From Sphyrna mokarran (taxonomy: Eukaryota), in contig JAGIQG010000020.1 of assembly GCA_024679065.1 (NCBI GenBank), forward strand, positions 33,852,001 through 33,916,000: a stretch of 64,000 nucleotides of DNA, in the 5' to 3' direction. How positions within the stretch are numbered: the stretch's first letter is position 1; each line of letters opens with the position of its first letter. The notes below the pieces were generated by a model. The model had not been told where the DNA came from. It saw only the letters and a list, made by a program, of their open reading frames with translations, and searched no databases. Below are positions 39,382 through 51,869 of the stretch, in pieces. A program made the position numbers and the translations under genes.

Positions 39382-40451
39382 AGTTACCTATTGAAACTTA
39401 AATAATGACATTAAGTGCAGCAGGAACTGTGAAAAGTCTGTTTTGTTTTATTTGGCCTTTTGAAATTCTCTTCTCACTGGTTTCCTGAACATCCTAATTA
39501 ATTGAAGTCATGATCCTGGGTCATTGCAACCCTATAGGTGGCCACAAGGTGGTGTGTGAAGCTTAGCTTGCTGAGGCCTCTATTTTCTCATCAGGCAGCT
39601 TCCAGCTCGACCAAAGTAGGTCAGGAAGCATTGTATGTCCACTCAAGCAATAAGAGTAAACCCAATTGAAATCTAAAGACCTCTAGCTTAAAGAGGCATG
39701 AAAATTATTGTTGTTTTATAGAAAGGTCATGTCTATAAGAAAATATAGAACCCACAGGTAGTTACTGGATCAGTGGCAGAGAAGGTAGGCCTCCTCCAGC
39801 ATCACAGGATCTCAAAGACATCTACCCAGATTCAAAATAAAGTGGTAACCAGAGGGAAAAAAATGCCAATTCTACCAACTTAGGTGCAGCCAGGGAGTGT
39901 AGGATAAAGTTTAATGACCTTACCAAAACAGACAGACAGAGGAGGCACCCAATATGCACTGAACTAAGCATGCCTGACAATTGCAACAACTTCTCATAGT
40001 GTGCTATAAACATTTCATTTTTTTTTACACTGATGCCCACTGTGTACTTTAATCCATTAGATGAAATCATTGGAGAGCTACTGTAGAGGGGAAGCCTGAT
40101 CTTGCTGAAAAAGCAATATTTCAAATCTTGGGAATGCTTGGAGACAGCAAAGTACCACAAGGGTCCACAAGTTAGTTTTGGATTTTAGTACAGAATGAAC
40201 CTGATCATTTTGTTTTCCAAAGATGCCTGGGTACTTCAAGTTATGTGCTGTCACTCATTCAATCTGACACGCGCATGGGTCTGTCACATCGCTCTTAAGT
40301 GAATTAATTAGCAAGTCAGTAGGATTGTGTAGGTGAACACAAAAGAAAGCATAGGAAGGGCTGCTGGTGATACATGAGGCAGGAGATGCTGACACCTTCA
40401 AGGTATGCAGAAATCCTAGATATGCATTTGTATGGAGGAGAAAACTCCCAC

Positions 40452-40540
40452 CCACCTGACGAAGGAACATCCAGTTCCAAAAGCTAGCGGCATTTGCTAC
40501 AAATAAATCTGTCGGACTTTAACTTAGTGTTGTGAGACGT
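40452..40540 (+). mobile_element. Single Penelope terminus with hammerhead motif
   Basis: cac-CTGACGA-A-GGAAC atcca GTTCC-aAAA-GC-TA, then aaataaa...ggactttaac...tgttgtgagac. Confidence 0.75.
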
Positions 40541-40959
40541 TTAACGGAGAAAAGGAAATGCAGCAATAGAATGAATGATGTGTTAAAGAGCAGGCCTTAT
40601 CTGCAGTTGCTATGAGTGAAAAACAGGACAATTACATATTGGAGAGATCCAGCTGAATGGATATCAGCTTTGCATTTTAAGCTATTGGACTTGTGCCCAT
40701 AAATCAAAAACCTCAATAACAACAAGGAGGTTTTCCTGTCCTCATGTTCTTCCTCTCCACCTGCAAAGTTGTTTTTACAGTATGACTTATATCCAAGTTC
40801 CATCAACACTTGGTGGGCGTCTCTGTAGGAGAAATCTCACCTGAGAATTGCTATCCCCTGAATGTATGTACTAGCCAATAATTTCCTGGCACAGCAATAA
40901 CAAACAACAGATTGCTTTGGATAAAAGGATAATGAAGAGAAAAAAAGAAAATAAAGATA

Positions 40960-41120
40960 AGTCCTCTGTTTATCTTCAAAGTAGTGCTGTGGAACTTTTT
41001 ACCTCTCGCCTGAAAGACAGCACCTCTGAGAGTGCTGCAGTCCCTCAGTACTGCATTCGAACATCAGCTTAGACTGCGTGCCTCTGACTCAAAAGGCAAG
41101 AATGCTACCAACAAAGCCCT
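40960..41120 (-). mobile_element. DeuSINE fragment (SacSINE/AmnSINE-like)
   Basis: gaaagacagcacctctgagagtgctgcagtccctcagtactgca matches the recalled head and Deu-domain region. Confidence 0.65.
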
Positions 41121-42268
41121 GGGTGATACAGGATGATAAGGGGGAAGGATTATCCCTTGATTGTTTCCTGTACCCAGTAATAAATACAGCTTTCCATCTC
41201 CAGATATAATTATGTATTTAGTAACAGTGGATATGGTAAAAGATCTAAAATCTCATAGCAAGGATCTGTCCATTGTAATGAAATTATGCAGCTACAACCA
41301 GACAGAAATTCAAATCCTGTTCCTGTGGCACAACATGCAAGAACTTCAGCACCAACCTCACACCTCACCCTAATGTTTCATACCAGTAATATTGAGCTGC
41401 ATCTCTAATTACAAAATCCAATGCATGTCCCTACAGTTCTCGACTTCTATTTGTGTCCCCATCCTTATTTACATTACTTACGTTCAATCAATAAAATATC
41501 ACATCTGTGTAATATTCTGCCAGCGAAATGTGAATAAAAACAGATGGAATTCAACAAGGCATACAGATCGGCAGCCACCCAGGAGAACATCATGAAGTTC
41601 ACTTGTGAATGCTGCCAAGGCAGGATATAGTGTTAGACACTTGAAAACATTTGAATAAACTCTGTGTTGTGAAAAATAAACCCATACAGCAATGTGAACA
41701 GGCTATATTATAGAGCCATACAAAGCAGGATTTCAATGTAAATGCTCCCTCCTCCCACACACAATCTCAGCACTCAGTTTTATATAACAGGATGTAATCG
41801 TGAACAACATAGAGGGTATTGGCATTGAATGAAGGGGCGTGTGATACATCAAACTGTTACACTGAGCGATGGAGTGTCACAGTTTGGGACCAGAGATTGT
41901 CGCAATGAGGAAATTTTTTTCATCAAGAAGGTATTTTACACAGTTTATGTAGCAATGAGGAAAAGACATTACAATACTTAAGACTTTGGAGACGCAGAGG
42001 GGCTTAAGGCAGTCAAAGAGAGTGCGAAAGATACCAGAGCCATAGTTGGGCTTAAAGGAGCGAGTATGTTTGGAGACGAGTCCCCTATTGACCATCTGTG
42101 AGTTCAGTGCCAACACTTGGAAAGAAACAAATTATCACCAGTATGATATCATAGTTCTTTGTATAGTAGCTCAGCTCGGAGAGTCACGTGATCAACAAGG
42201 ACCCTGGTGGAAAGCTAAGCCAACCGGTAGGAGGGCACATGTCATGGTGAGGGGGGATTCACAGTTGA

Positions 42269-43010
42269 ATTATTAATCTGTTTCTACCACAGACTATTCT
42301 GCCCCTTAAAGATGGGCCGAATTGCAGTGTTCTACCACTCCCCTCACTCATGCCACGAAGCTTCTCTCCCCGGCTCACAAATTAACATATGAAATTTATA
42401 CCTCAGCATAATGATTGAGGGATGGGGCTAAAATGATTTTTGACAACTCCAAAATCTAGTCAAAAGACTCTGTGTCTGATGCAACTGCTGATGTTAATGT
42501 TCTGTCGGCACAGCAGTCGTGGTTGTAATCTAGTCTGACTTTGTTGAACATATATACTTTTGTTAACAATAAAATTTCATTGTTAAAACCGCATCGAGTC
42601 TCCCTAATCTGTTAGTGAAGATAAAGCAAAATATCAAGTTGTCAGGGCTTGTAATGTCCAGACTGCGGACAATACATAGAAAGGCTGTGTTTCATCTTCA
42701 TTACAAACAAAATATTGGCAAAGAGCAAAGTTACTTTGCTCTCAGTCTATGGCACACAGACTTACAGCTTTGACAAAACATTAACATTAGCAGTTGCACC
42801 AGACACAAAGTCTTTTGACCAGATTTCGGAGCTAGTCAAAAATCATTTTAGCCCATCCCTCAATCATTATGCTGAGGTATAAATTTCATCTGGCAATCTG
42901 TGAGCCGGGGAGAGGAGCTTCGTGGCATGAGTGAGGGGAGTGGCAGAACCCTGCAATTCGGCCCAGCTTTAAAGGGGCAGAATAGTCTGTGGTAGAAACA
43001 GTTTAATAAT
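42269..43010. repeat. Long inverted repeat with ~238-bp arms
   Basis: 42269-42506 is the reverse complement of 42772-43010, with about 16 substitutions and 3 indels counted by eye. Confidence 0.92.
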
Positions 43011-43110
43011 ACAAAAAAGCTTTCTGGTGGAGGCCAAAAGCACACTCAAAAATCTATGAGCTGGCTCAGGTGACTGAATACATGCAGCACAGGTAATAAA
43101 GTTGCAAGGT
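42690..43110 (+). mobile_element. Gypsy gag remnant
   Basis: Frame-broken peptides LLSVYGTQTYS, APDTKSFDQISELVKNHFSP and IVCGRNSLIIQKSFLVEA. Confidence 0.7.
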
Positions 43111-43129
43111 TAAGCCTTATATAGGCCTA

Positions 43130-45030
43130 TAAACAATAAGAATCATAAATAGAAGAGTAGGGTTGATTAGGAACCAAAAAGGGGATTTATAAATAGAAGC
43201 AGAGGGTATAACTGAGCTATTAAATGAATACTTTGCATCTATCATTACCAAGGAAGAACATGCTACCCCTGATGGGTTAAACAGGGGGTAAGTCAGGCAT
43301 TGGAAGGTTTAAAATGAATAAGGAACAGGTATTAGATTGGCTGTCTGTAATTAAAACTTGATCAGGCATCAGAAATGGATGAGTTGCAACCAACGATACT
43401 GAACGAAATGACAACTGTGGAGGCAGAGGCCGTAATTTTTCAGTCTTCCTTAGTGGTGATACCAGAGGATTGGAAAATTGAATATGTTACAACCTTATTC
43501 AAAAAAAGGTTTAAAGATAGCCCAGCTACAACAGGCCTGTCAGTTCAATTTCGATAGTGGGTGGGGAAAGCTTTCAGAAAAAAACTTTGGGACAAAATTG
43601 ATAGTCACATGGACAAGTACAGGTTAATTAAAAAAGGCATCATGAATTTAAGGAAAATCATGTTTAACTTGCTGGCATTTCTTCAAGAGATCTCCAAGAC
43701 GGTTTAATGAGGGCAATGCTGTTAATGTGTTATATACAGACTTCCAAAAGACATTTTATCTAGTGTCACACGGCAGATTTGTAAGTATAGCACATGGAAT
43801 TAAAGGGATAGTAGCAACACAAATATGAAATCTGCTAACTGGCTCAAATTAGTTGTGGTTAATGGGTTGAAGGAAGATTTGTAGTGGAGCTCACTAGGGA
43901 TTGGTGTCTTGTTTCTCTTGACATAGAGTTGGGAGGAACTGAGGTACTGTTTCGAAGTTTGCAGATGATACAGAGATATGTGGAGGGACAGGTAGTATTG
44001 AGGAAATGGGGGGCTGCAGAAAGACTTGGACAGGTTAGGAGAGAGAGAGAAAGAGAGCAAAGAAGTGGCAGATGGAACACAATGAGGAAAATGTGAGGTT
44101 ATGCACTTTGGAAGGAGGAATGGAGACACAGACTATTTTCTAAATGCAAAAATGCTTAGGAGATCAGAAACACAAAGGGACTTGGGAGTCATTATTCAAG
44201 ATTCTCTTAAGGTTAATGCGCAGGTTTAGTCGGCTGTTAGGAAGGCAAATGTTAGCATTCATATCAAGAGGGCTAGAATACAACAGCAAGGATATACTTC
44301 TGTGGCTGTTTAAGGTCTGATGTAGAGATGCTGGTGTTGGACTGGGGTAGTAAGAACTCAGTAAGAATTTAGCAACACCAATTTTAAATCCAACCGATTT
44401 ATTTGACAGTAAATTTGCAAGCTTTCGACACTCTGTGTCTTTGTCAGGCAAATGCAGTGTTCTGATCTAAGGTCTGATCAGACCCCATTTGCAGCACTGT
44501 CAGCAGTTTTGGGCCCCATATCCAAGGAAGATATGCTGGCCTTGGAAAGGGTCCAGAAAGGTTTACAAAAATAATCCCTGGAATGAAGAGTTTGTCATAC
44601 GAGGAACGATTGCGTACTCTGGGTCTGTTCAGAAGTTCAGAAAGATGAGGCGGAATCTTAATGAAACTTACAGGATAGTGCGAGGCCTGAATAGAGTGGA
44701 TATGGAGAGGATGTTCCCACTAGTAAGAAATACTAGAACCAGAAGCTCAACCTCAAGCTAAAGGGACAATCCTTTAAAACAGAGATGGGGAGAAATTTCT
44801 TCAGCCAGAAAATGGTGAATCTGTAAAACTCTTTGCCACAGAAGCTGTCATTGAGGCCAGGTCATTGAATATCTTTAAGACAGAGATAGATAGGTTCTTG
44901 ATTAATAAGGGGATCAGGGGTTATGGGAAAATAGTAGGAGAATGGGATGAGAAAAATATCTGCCATGTTTGAATGGTTGAATAGACTCAATGAGTCAAGT
45001 GGCCTAATTCTGCTCCGATGTCTTATGGTC
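43130..45030 (+). mobile_element. CR1 ORF2 fossil
   Basis: Remnants IPEDWKIEYVTTLFKK, DFQKTF and RRNLNETYRIVRGL; tcttatg tail. Confidence 0.85.
44319..44467 (-). mobile_element. Single-arm Penelope-derived element with hammerhead motif
   Basis: Same subfamily as 33470; TSD taaggtctgat. Minus strand reads ATTTGC-CTGACaA-A-GACAC aga GTGTC-GAAA-GC-TT-GCAAAT. Confidence 0.82.
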
Positions 45031-47574
45031 TAGTAGCACTAAATGATTTGTTCATTTGGAGATTTGATGTCAACATCATGGGCTGAATGGGGTCCTTCTG
45101 CACAATAACAATTCTGTGACTCTGTAATGTATTTTTACAGGATATTTGTTTCCATGTGTACAGTTAATTTTTGTGAAGCAAGAATAACAATTCATGGCTC
45201 TAGTGTGGACATCAGACATATGAATTAGGGAAAGGATCACCATTAGACTATACTTTTAGTCAGACTAAGAAATGGGATATGCATGATGGCTACTAGGATT
45301 TTATCTGAAGGACTTGGACAGTGTGGATAATGAAGGAAACTGGGCTGGAAGTGGAGTTAAAAGTCTTATGGAAATTTTTATTTGGGTAAATGGGGAGAAA
45401 TTAAAATGGATAAACACATATGTTGTAAGTGACAAGTTGATTTTCAAGCGAAATGATGACCAATGAGGCATTAACTGTGGCTAAATTGGAATTATCTGGT
45501 TAATTAATTAAATTATGAGATACCCACACAAGTAATGCACTGAGAGAAAAATACTTTGCATAAAAAACCTAAAACTGTCCTAACTAATAGCAGGAAAGCA
45601 AAAAAGAAATCACACCAGTATATCACACTAGTCAGGTCAAACAAATTCAGGCTGACTTAAAGTAAGTTACATTGATAGGTGTAAGTTACACTGATAGTTC
45701 TAAGTTATGTTACATTGATATGTAGGACACGAATGTATCTGAAACATTTCGCAAAATTATTTCACTGTGACTAACTAATCAGTCATACTATTGTGTCATC
45801 TGAGCCCTTTGCCTCTCTTAAAGGGGTCTGCTTAGAATGAAGAAATCTTGCATACAAAGAAGACCTGTCAGTCAGTGTCACTGAAATGCCCTAAAGGATG
45901 TCAGGTGGTAGTTTAGGCACAGCAAACATGTTCACAGATTGCTTGAAAACAAATATCCAGGTGAGTCAAAGCCACCTATCATTTATTGATTTGTTCTGTA
46001 GCATGCTCTAAACATAAAGGGCATATCACTAAGTCTGGTAAATGATGTAACTGACAATCTTAGTGTGTCGATAATGATATAACTATCAGTGCAACAGCAG
46101 ATATTGCAGGTATAAATTTCATTCTCTGTATTGACACGGAGATAGCAGCCACCGACACAGACCTGAAAAATCAGGATTATAATAGATCACCATCTACAAG
46201 TAGCTTCATCTGTCTGCTTAAACATGGATCATAACAGATGGTGTTGGGTGTTCAGGAGATATAAAGCAATTCCAGTTGCTGCAGGCAACTGAAAAGGCTG
46301 GAACTCACAACTGAAGGTTTATTACCATGTTCATGCCATCTGGTATGGAGGATATACGAAGGGGGGTAGGCTGAAGAGCAGGGCCTCCAGGGTGGCGATC
46401 TCAGGGCTGCTACCAGGGCCGAGTAATAGCAGAGCCAGGAGAAATGAGATCCTACAGCAGAATGCGTGGCTGAAGGACTGGTGTAGGGCAGAGGGTTTCA
46501 TATTTGTGGATAACTGGGAAGTGAAAGAAGGGCACCTGTATAGAAGGGACGCGGAACACTTAAATGGGAAGGGTGTGAATATCTTAGCTGGGATGTTAGC
46601 TGGAGTGTTTCGGCAGGATTTAAACTAATATGGAGGGGGCGAGGGGCTGAAACCGATAGCTTGGTAGAGAGCAAGATGGGAGATAGAGTAAGCTTGGACG
46701 AGAAGAAATACACCGGGGAGAAGGAGGTTCCGAGTGGGCTTGGAGGTCTGGAGTGTGTCTGTTTCAATGCAAGGAGCGTAACAGGAAAAACGGATGAACT
46801 TAGGGCCTTAATGTTTGCGAGGAACTTGGATGTGGTTGCGGTGATGGAGACGTGGTTAAAGGAAGGGGAGCAGTGGCAACTGAACATTCCTGGGTATAAG
46901 TGTTTCAGGCGTGACAGAGGAAGGTCCAGAAGAGGTGGAGGAGTAGCGTTGTTAGTTAAGGAGAGCATCACGGCGGTGCAGAGGGAGGACAATACAGAGG
47001 AATTAGGAGCAGAGTCGCTGCGGGTGGAGTTGAGGAATAGAAAGGGGGCAATTACTATGCTAGGGGTGTATTATAGGCCACCCAACAGCCCGCGGGTAGT
47101 TGAAGAAGGCATATGTAAAGATATTTTGGATAGGTGCAGAAAGAACAGAGTCGTTATAGTGGGAGATTTTAATCTCCCTAGGGTGGATTGGAAAAGTACC
47201 CAGAGCTGGGGGTTTGGATGGGCAGGAATTTGTAAAATGTGCACTGGAAGGATCATTGGAGCAGTATGTGGCTAGCCCGACTAGAGAAGGGGCTATATTG
47301 GATTTAGTTCTGAGTAATGAGCCAGGGCAGGTTGTTGATGTTGTAGTGGGGGAACATGTGGCTAACAGTGACCACAATTCTGTCTACTTTAGGATACAGA
47401 TGGAAAAGGATGCTTGTTACCCTAGGGGCAGGGTGCTGAATCGGGGGAAGGCTAAGTACGGTCGGATTAGGCAGGAACTTATGGAAACTGATTGGGAACG
47501 GTTGTTTGAGGGTAAGTCCATGCGAGGCATGTGGGACTCTTTCAAGGGAATACTGAAAACGTTGCAAGATAGAT

Positions 47575-48472
47575 ATAGAACATAGAACACTACAGCACAA
47601 ATAGGACCTTCGGCCCATGAGTTGCGCCGATCACATCTATACCTACCAAGCCGTAGACCTATCTATAACCCCCTATCCCATTAGTTCCCATATACTCATC
47701 CAGAAGTCTTTTAAAAGACCCCAGCGAGTTTGCCTCTACCACCACCGACGGCAGCCGATTCCATTCACTCATCAGTCTCTGAGAGAAAAACATACCCCTA
47801 ACATCCCCTCTGTATTTGCTTCCCTACACCTTAAATCTGTGTCCTCTCATAGCGACCATTTCAGTCCGGGGAAATAGCCTCTGAGAATCCCCCCTGTCTA
47901 TTCCTCTCAACATTTTTTAAACCTCTATCAGGTCGCCTCTCAACCTGTGTCTCTCCAGGGAGAAGAGTCCCAGCTCCCTCAACCTATCTTCATAAGGCAT
48001 GCCTCCCAATCCAGGCAGCATCCTTGTAAATCTCCTCTGCACTCTTTCAATAGCTTCCACATCCTTCCTATAGTGAGGCGACTAGAACTGCGCACAGTAC
48101 TCCAAGTGGGGTCTGACAAGGGTCTTATAAAGCTGCATCATTACCTCCTGACTCCTAAACTCAATCCCTCGATTAATGAAGGCCAGTACACCATACGCCT
48201 TCTTGACCACATCCTCCACCTGCGAGGCCGATTTAAGAGTCCTATGGACCCAGATCCCAAGATCCTTCTGCTCTACAACACAGCTAAGACTCCTACCCTT
48301 GATATTGTACTCTTTCATCCCATTATTCTTGCCAAAATGGACCACTACACATTTATCCGCGTTGAAGTCCATCTGCCACTTCTCCAACCAGTCTTGCATC
48401 CTGTCTATGTCCCGCTGCAACTTTTGACATCCCTCCAGACCATCCACAACACCACCAGCCTTTGTATCGTCG
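47575..48472 (-). mobile_element. Nested antisense CR1 3' fragment (different subfamily)
   Basis: Runs from DDTKAGG through VRPHLEYCAQF to a (TTCTATG)n tail. Host ORF2 reads QDRY before the insertion and MPAKRK after it. Confidence 0.92.
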
Positions 48473-48701
48473 ATGCCAGCTAAGAGGAAAGATGGGAAAA
48501 GTAGGATTAGACGGCCGGGGATTACTAGCGATATTGAGGACTTGGTTAGGAAGAAAAGAGCGGCATATGATAGGTCAAAGCAGCTGGGAACGGAGACAGC
48601 GTTGGAGGAATATAGAGAGAGTAGGAGGGAGCTCAAACGGGGAGTTAGAAGGGCAAAAAGGGGGCATGAAATGATTTTGGCGGATAGGATTAAGGAAAAT
48701 C

Positions 48702-49237
48702 CAAAGAACAAAGAACAAAAGCAGCAGGGGAAACAGGCCCTTCAGCCCAACGAGCCCGCGCCGCCACCCCGATGTTCCCACCTCTACCCATGATCCCTGT
48801 CTATGTTTATAGATCTATGGATTAAAAACCAAATTTGAGACAATTTAGGGAGAGTTTGTTTTGCCAATTTGCCTAAGAGCACATCTTTGGGACGTGGGAG
48901 GAAACCAGAGCACCCGGAGAAAACCCACGCAAGCATGGGGAGAACGCGCAAACTCCTACAGACACAGGCCCAAATCCATGTATCTGTACAGCACAGCGAT
49001 AGTCACTGAGCTGTCGTGTTGCCCATCAAATGGTCCAGGTCAAGCGTACACTAACGACGTGAAGCACTAGGATACTCTCGGAAAAAAATCCAAGAGCAGC
49101 CCTCTCACGACCCATCGCGTGTATGCCCCTTTTTAGACAACAAGGTGGACCAAAGCACCTGTAGGATAAAAACAAGTACATCAATATCATCATCTATTTA
49201 CACACTTCCCAGGGACTCCCAAGGCTCATGATCCCTA
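48702..49237 (-). mobile_element. Nested antisense copy of the host family's own 3' UTR
   Basis: Reverse complement of 50969-51498. Host ORF2 reads KENP before the insertion and KAFYSYV after it. Confidence 0.92.
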
Positions 49238-51869
49238 AAGCTTTTTACTCCTATGTTAGGAATAAAAGGGTGGTTAGAGGAAAAATCGGACCTCTTAGGG
49301 ACAGAGGAGACGAACTGTGCTTAGAGCCCGAGGGAATGGCGGAGATCCTGAATGAATACTTTGCGTCGGTATTCACGAAGGAGAGGGGCTTGTTGACAGC
49401 TCCTGTCTCTGAGGGAGCTGTGGACCAGTTGAGGGAAATATCCATACCGAGGGAGGAAGTGTTAGAGCTTCTAGATAACATTAAAACTGATAAATCTCCG
49501 GGGCCTGATGGCATTTATCCCAGGCTGCTTAGGGAGGTGTGAGGTGAAATTGTTGGACCTCTGATGTAAATCTTTGTCTCTTCTTTGGACACAGGTGAGG
49601 TCCCAGAGGACTGGAGAATAGCTAATGTTGTACCGTTGTTTAAAAAGGGTAGTAGGGATAACCCTGGAAATTATAGACCGATGAGTTTGACATCAGTGTT
49701 AGGGAAGCTGTTGGAGGGGATTCTTAGAGAAAGGACGCAAAGGCACTTAGAGCTTTGCGATCTGATTATGGATATGCAGCATGGATTTGTTAAGGGGAGG
49801 TCATACCTTACAAATCTGGGAGAATTTTTTGAGGAGGTGACAAAAACGGTGGACGAAGGGCGAGCCGTTGATGTTGTTTATATGGATTGTAGTAAGGCGT
49901 TTGACAAAGTCCCTCATGGGAGGTTAGTTGAGAAGGTCAAGGCTAATGGGATACAAGGACGGGTAGCTAGATGGATAAGTTACTGGCTTAGTAATAGGAG
50001 AAAGAGAGTAATAGTGGAAGGGTGTTTTTCTAGCTGGAGGTTGGTCACTAGTGGTGTGCCGCAGGGCTCGTTACTGGGACCTCTTCTATTTGGAATACAT
50101 ATAAATGACTTGGAAGAGGGAGTAAGTGGAGTGATCAGCAAGTTTGCAGACGATACAAAGATTGCTGGACTTGCGGATAGTGAGGAACATTGTCAGGCGA
50201 TGCAGCAGGACATAGATAGGCTGGTAGCTTGGGCAGATAGATGGCAGATGGAATTCAATCCTGATAAATGTGAGGTGATGCATTTCGGGAGAAAGAATGT
50301 AGGGGGGAGGTAATATGATAAAGGGTAGACCTATTCAGAGTATAGAAACGCAGAGGGACCTTGGGGTGCAGGTGAACAAGTCTCAGAAGGTGGCAGAGCA
50401 AGTGGAGAAGATTGTGAAGAAATTATATAGTATGCTAGCCTTTATAGGAAGGGATATAGAGTACAAGAGCTGGCCTTTAATGTCGCAGTTGTATAAAACG
50501 TTCGTTAGACCTCATTTGGAATACTGTGTCCAGTTCTGGTCGCCTTACTACCGGAAGGACGTGGAGACTCTGGAGAGAGTGCAGAGGAGGTTTACCAGGA
50601 TGCTGCCTGGTAATGGAAGGTCTGAGTTATGAGGAGAGGTTAGGCAAATTGGGGCTGTTTTCCTTAGAAAGACGTAGACTTAGAGGAGATCTAATAGAGG
50701 TGTACAAGATTATGAAGGGTATAGATACAGTAAACAGGGTTAAGCTTTTTCTAGGATGATCTCGAATAGCACGAGGGGTCACGGGCTTAGGGTGAGGAGG
50801 GTAAGGTATAATTTGGATGCTGGGGGAGTTTTTTCACACAGAGGGTGGTGGGGGTATGGAATGTGCTGCCAAGTAAATTGGTGGAGGCAGGTACTCTGGA
50901 GTTATTTAAGAAATACTTAGATAGGCACATGAACAGAATGGGAATGGGTATGGAAAACTGATTTAAAATAGGGATCATGAGCCTTGGGAGTCCCGGGGAA
51001 GTGTGTACATAGATGATGATATTGATGTACTTGTTTTTATCCTACAGGTGCTTTGGTCTACCTTGTTGTCTAACAAGGCGCATACACGCGATGGGTCGTG
51101 AGAGGGCTGCTCTTAGATTTTTTTTCCAGAGTATCCTAGTGCTTCATGTCATTAGTGTACGCTTGACCTGGACCATTTGATGGGCAACACGACAGCTCAG
51201 TGACTATCGCTGTGCTGTGCATATACATGGATTTGGGCCTGTGTCTGTGGGAGTTTGCGCATTCTCCCCGTGCTTGTGTGGGTTTTCTCCGGGTGCTCCG
51301 GTTTTCTCCCACATCCCAAAGATGTGCTCTTAGGCTAATTGGAAAAACAAATTCTCCCTAAATTGTCTCAAATTTGGTTTTTAATCCATAGATCTATAAA
51401 CATAGACAGGGATCACAGGTAGAGGTGGGAACATCGGGGTGGCGGTGTGGGCTTGTTGGGCCGAAGGGCCTGTTTCCCATGCTGTTTTGTTCTTTGTTAT
51501 CACTGCCATACATGAGGCAGAAAATAGAAGAAAGATAGTCAATTTTGAAATTTTCTGCTTATGTAAGTTAATTAAAATACAAAAATGATTAAGCAAGGAC
51601 AGCTTGAAACAAATCCATTATAGAAAAAACTATAGAACAGAAAAAACACAAAACAAGTACAATATTTTGCACACACTCAATAAATGCCCCACAAATTGAC
51701 CGTCTGTGCCTATAAAATGCAAACCTATGACAATGGGACCAGAAATCACCAAACATATCCAGTTGTTCAGATGTTGCTGAACCTGCCCCATTGTACAAAT
51801 GAGTTGAATGTGAGACTAAGGCAAGATATATAATCAGACTGTAAATATTTAGTAAGAGATTATTTGTAC

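Larger units (their letters stand above)
46358..51498 (+). mobile_element. Young, long 5'-truncated CR1 LINE: end of ORF1 esterase, complete but disrupted ORF2 (APE + RT), long 3' UTR
   Basis: SGNH-like ORF1 end (AISGLLP...RRDAEHLN). APE motifs FNARS, METWL, YYRPP, GDFN, SDHN. RT motifs QHGF, KAFDKVPH, GVPQGSLLGP, KFADDTK. Few frameshifts or stops; two nested antisense insertions. Confidence 0.95.

Noticed and set aside
42269-43010. MITE with long TIRs
   Set aside because: The right arm is internal to a contiguous Gypsy gag remnant and no TSD is seen; reported instead as an inverted duplication.
46358-50960. Active autonomous LINE
   Set aside because: 5'-truncated, with frameshifts, in-frame stops near 49540-49570 and two nested insertions.
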